Shown piece after piece: positions 62,102-64,000 of a stretch of DNA of 64,000 nt. The notes under the pieces are model-generated. The model was given only the letters and a program-made list of their open reading frames with translations. It was not told where the DNA came from and did no database searches. The position numbers were made by a program, and so were the translations under genes. The stretch lies in assembly GCA_963725865.1 (NCBI GenBank), contig CAVSAC010000010.1, forward strand, positions 320,001 to 384,000, written 5' to 3'. This DNA comes from Candidatus Eiseniibacteriota bacterium. Its GTDB lineage: Bacteria; Eisenbacteria; RBG-16-71-46. Each line of letters opens with the position of its first letter. Positions within the stretch are counted from its first letter, which is position 1.

Positions 62102-64000
62102 TCAGTGCGCCATCACCATGCGCCGGGTCTCGCCCACCCCACCGGCATCGAGCCGGCAGAAGTAGAGTCCTGTCGGCAGCCGCTCTCCCCGATCGTCGCG
62201 CCCGTCCCAGTCGAAGTCGTGACGGCCGGCTTCCAGCACGCTCCCGCTGGCCAGCGTCCGCACCACCCGGCCGGTCACGTCGAAGATCCGAAGCGAGACA
62301 TGAGCCGGCCGCGCGAGGTCGAATGCGATGCTCGTCCGGGTGCCGAACGGGTTCGGCAGGTTCTGGCGCAGCCGGCTGGCGCTCGGGGGCGCGCCTCGGT
62401 CGACGGATGCGACGGCATTGGAGTCGTAGATCATCGCGACGAACTCAGGATGGTCCACGAACGGATTCCGGTTGTTCTGGATCACGTAGATCGCGCCGTT
62501 GCGCAGGCGCTCCTTCCAGCTCACGGGATCGGCGGTGGACCACTGCAGGTACTGCGCGGCCGCCCACGGCAACAGTTCCGCGCCGTTCGCCGACGCGCTG
62601 CTCGACCAGGCGCCGTCCTCGCCGAAGTAGCGCGTCGCGACGTAGAAGGTGCTGCGCGCGAGGTCGCCCTTGAACGCATCGATCGGCTCGAACACGGTGC
62701 CGCTGTAGCCCGCACTCGCGCTGGGGCCGAGCTTGCTGCCGTTCAGCGAGGTGTAGGTCGCGGCGCCCACGTTCCCGAATGCGTAGTTCGAGCGGTGACC
62801 GTTCACGTAGGAGTCCGTCGGATAGAGGATCCACAGGTCGGAGTACGGCGGGGACACCCCGTTGAACCAGGATTGCGGCCACGAGTGTTCGCGATTGTAT
62901 CCGAGCCCCTCGCCCGCGCCCTGGCCGGTCTGGCCGACGCTGTACTCGTAGGGCGGCGTGCCGCCGGGGATGTCGGAGTACACATCCCAGATCTTGCCAT
63001 TGGGCTTGACGTCTGTGGTCGCGAACGCCGTCAGGGCGTAAGCGTAGCTCTTCACGGTGTGGTTCCTGATGATCTCGTGGAGGGCGAGCCGCAGCGCCGA
63101 GCCCTTGAGGCCGATGGCGCTGTCGTAGTACCCGGCCGGGACGCTCACGTTGACGTAGTTGAATCCGCAGGTGGCGCCGAACGTCATGTTGGCCGACAGG
63201 TCAGCCACGCCGTTCACCGTCAGTGTCTGGGACCCCGCCGGAATGCTCCGGACGGTCACGAGCACCTGCGAGGGCTGGAGCAGGTCGCGCACCGCGTTGA
63301 CCGCACCGAGCGCACCGACCGTGTAGTGGCCCGGAATCTCGGCGCTCGCCTCGTCCACCGGCTCGCTGAACTGCACGAGCAGCGTCGAGTCGCTCATCTC
63401 GCCCACGGCCAGGACGGTCGGCGCTCCCGTGCCCCCTCCGCCGAGCGAGTAGCTGCGGACCGATGAGGTGCCGGTCGCCGTCGCCCCGACCGCCTGCACC
63501 TGGTAGTAGACCGAGGCGCCCGCGGATTGGGCCGGAATCGGCGTGCTCGTCCGGTACGTGGAATCCGCCAGCGGCGACATCGCGATGGAGTTGGGCAGCG
63601 AGACCGCGCTCGCGCCCCACGCCAGCGTGACGGAGGCGACGGCCCCCGCGTCGTCCACGACGCTCGCCAGGACGTCCACGCCGGAACCCGTCACCGGGGT
63701 CGCGGGGTCGGTCACGACGTTGGAGATGCGGGGCCCCGGTGCCGGGGGCGCCGAGCCGTTGTGCGAACCGGGGCTCGCGTCGGTCGCGAGGGTCACCGCG
63801 GTCGCGGTCCACTCGGAAGGCGTGAAGACCGGATTGGGACCGGTGACGTTCGCGTTGCGGACGAGGTCGGCGTTCTCGAACAGCGTCCCGGTCGCGACCA
63901 CCAGGTCGATCACGGTGCCGGCGGCGTTCTTCAACTTCGCCCCGTCCCCCACCTTTCCGTTCCAGTTCATGTAGCCCGCGGTGGTGGCCCAGACCGCGCT
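62102..64000 (-). CDS. Secreted endonuclease I-family nuclease with Ig-like domains and FlgD-Ig C-terminal domain (5' end outside the window)
   Basis: YNREHSWPQSWF, DL..LYPTD..VN..RSN, FEP.D..KGDLAR..FY..TRY and QNNRNPFVDHPE. Confidence 0.9.
   Translation of the reverse strand, partial: SAVWATTAGYMNWNGKVGDGAKLKNAAGTVIDLVVATGTLFENADLVRNANVTGPNPVFTPSEWTATAVTLATDASPGSHNGSAPPAPGPRISNVVTDPATPVTGSGVDVLASVVDDAGAVASVTLAWGASAVSLPNSIAMSPLADSTYRTSTPIPAQSAGASVYYQVQAVGATATGTSSVRSYSLGGGGTGAPTVLAVGEMSDSTLLVQFSEPVDEASAEIPGHYTVGALGAVNAVRDLLQPSQVLVTVRSIPAGSQTLTVNGVADLSANMTFGATCGFNYVNVSVPAGYYDSAIGLKGSALRLALHEIIRNHTVKSYAYALTAFATTDVKPNGKIWDVYSDIPGGTPPYEYSVGQTGQGAGEGLGYNREHSWPQSWFNGVSPPYSDLWILYPTDSYVNGHRSNYAFGNVGAATYTSLNGSKLGPSASAGYSGTVFEPIDAFKGDLARSTFYVATRYFGEDGAWSSSASANGAELLPWAAAQYLQWSTADPVSWKERLRNGAIYVIQNNRNPFVDHPEFVAMIYDSNAVASVDRGAPPSASRLRQNLPNPFGTRTSIAFDLARPAHVSLRIFDVTGRVVRTLASGSVLEAGRHDFDWDGRDDRGERLPTGLYFCRLDAGGVGETRRMVMAH

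Overview
High-GC bacterial window. The many secreted proteins with FlgD-Ig/T9SS-like or 'TWGxLKxxYR' C-termini resemble Candidatus Eisenbacteria and related FCB-group lineages (inference). Main result: bases ~1.5-16.3 kb form a tandem, integron-like array. Eight same-orientation copies of a tRNA 3' end (GTTGGGGACGCCA, tRNA-Glu-like; one degenerate) cut the DNA into 1.1-3.1 kb units, mostly with a single intact cargo gene. The junctions are of two classes. Class Y (1650, 6450, 16190) is a near-exact tRNA T-arm/acceptor copy with 11-bp-periodic GTCCCC arm repeats, typical of tyrosine integrases. Class S (2770, 3960, 9345, 11425, 14530) has the TTCGAA motif shifted exactly 5 bp, and each site encodes on the minus strand a conserved orphan ~30-aa peptide (ASPxxxNSNRxxxWLxxMxxLR). 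I read these peptides as C-terminal tails cut off large serine integrases during integration. The only integrase gene in the window is an N-truncated tyrosine integrase, and the intact tRNA is not in the window. The rest contains an IS110 remnant ending on a gene's stop codon, an extended ars operon, many secreted beta-propeller proteins, hydrolases, an envelope/stress cluster with a P-type ATPase, AraC, methyltransferase and oxidoreductase genes, a MacAB-like operon and a secreted endonuclease I. Many single-base frameshifts are probably sequencing errors.
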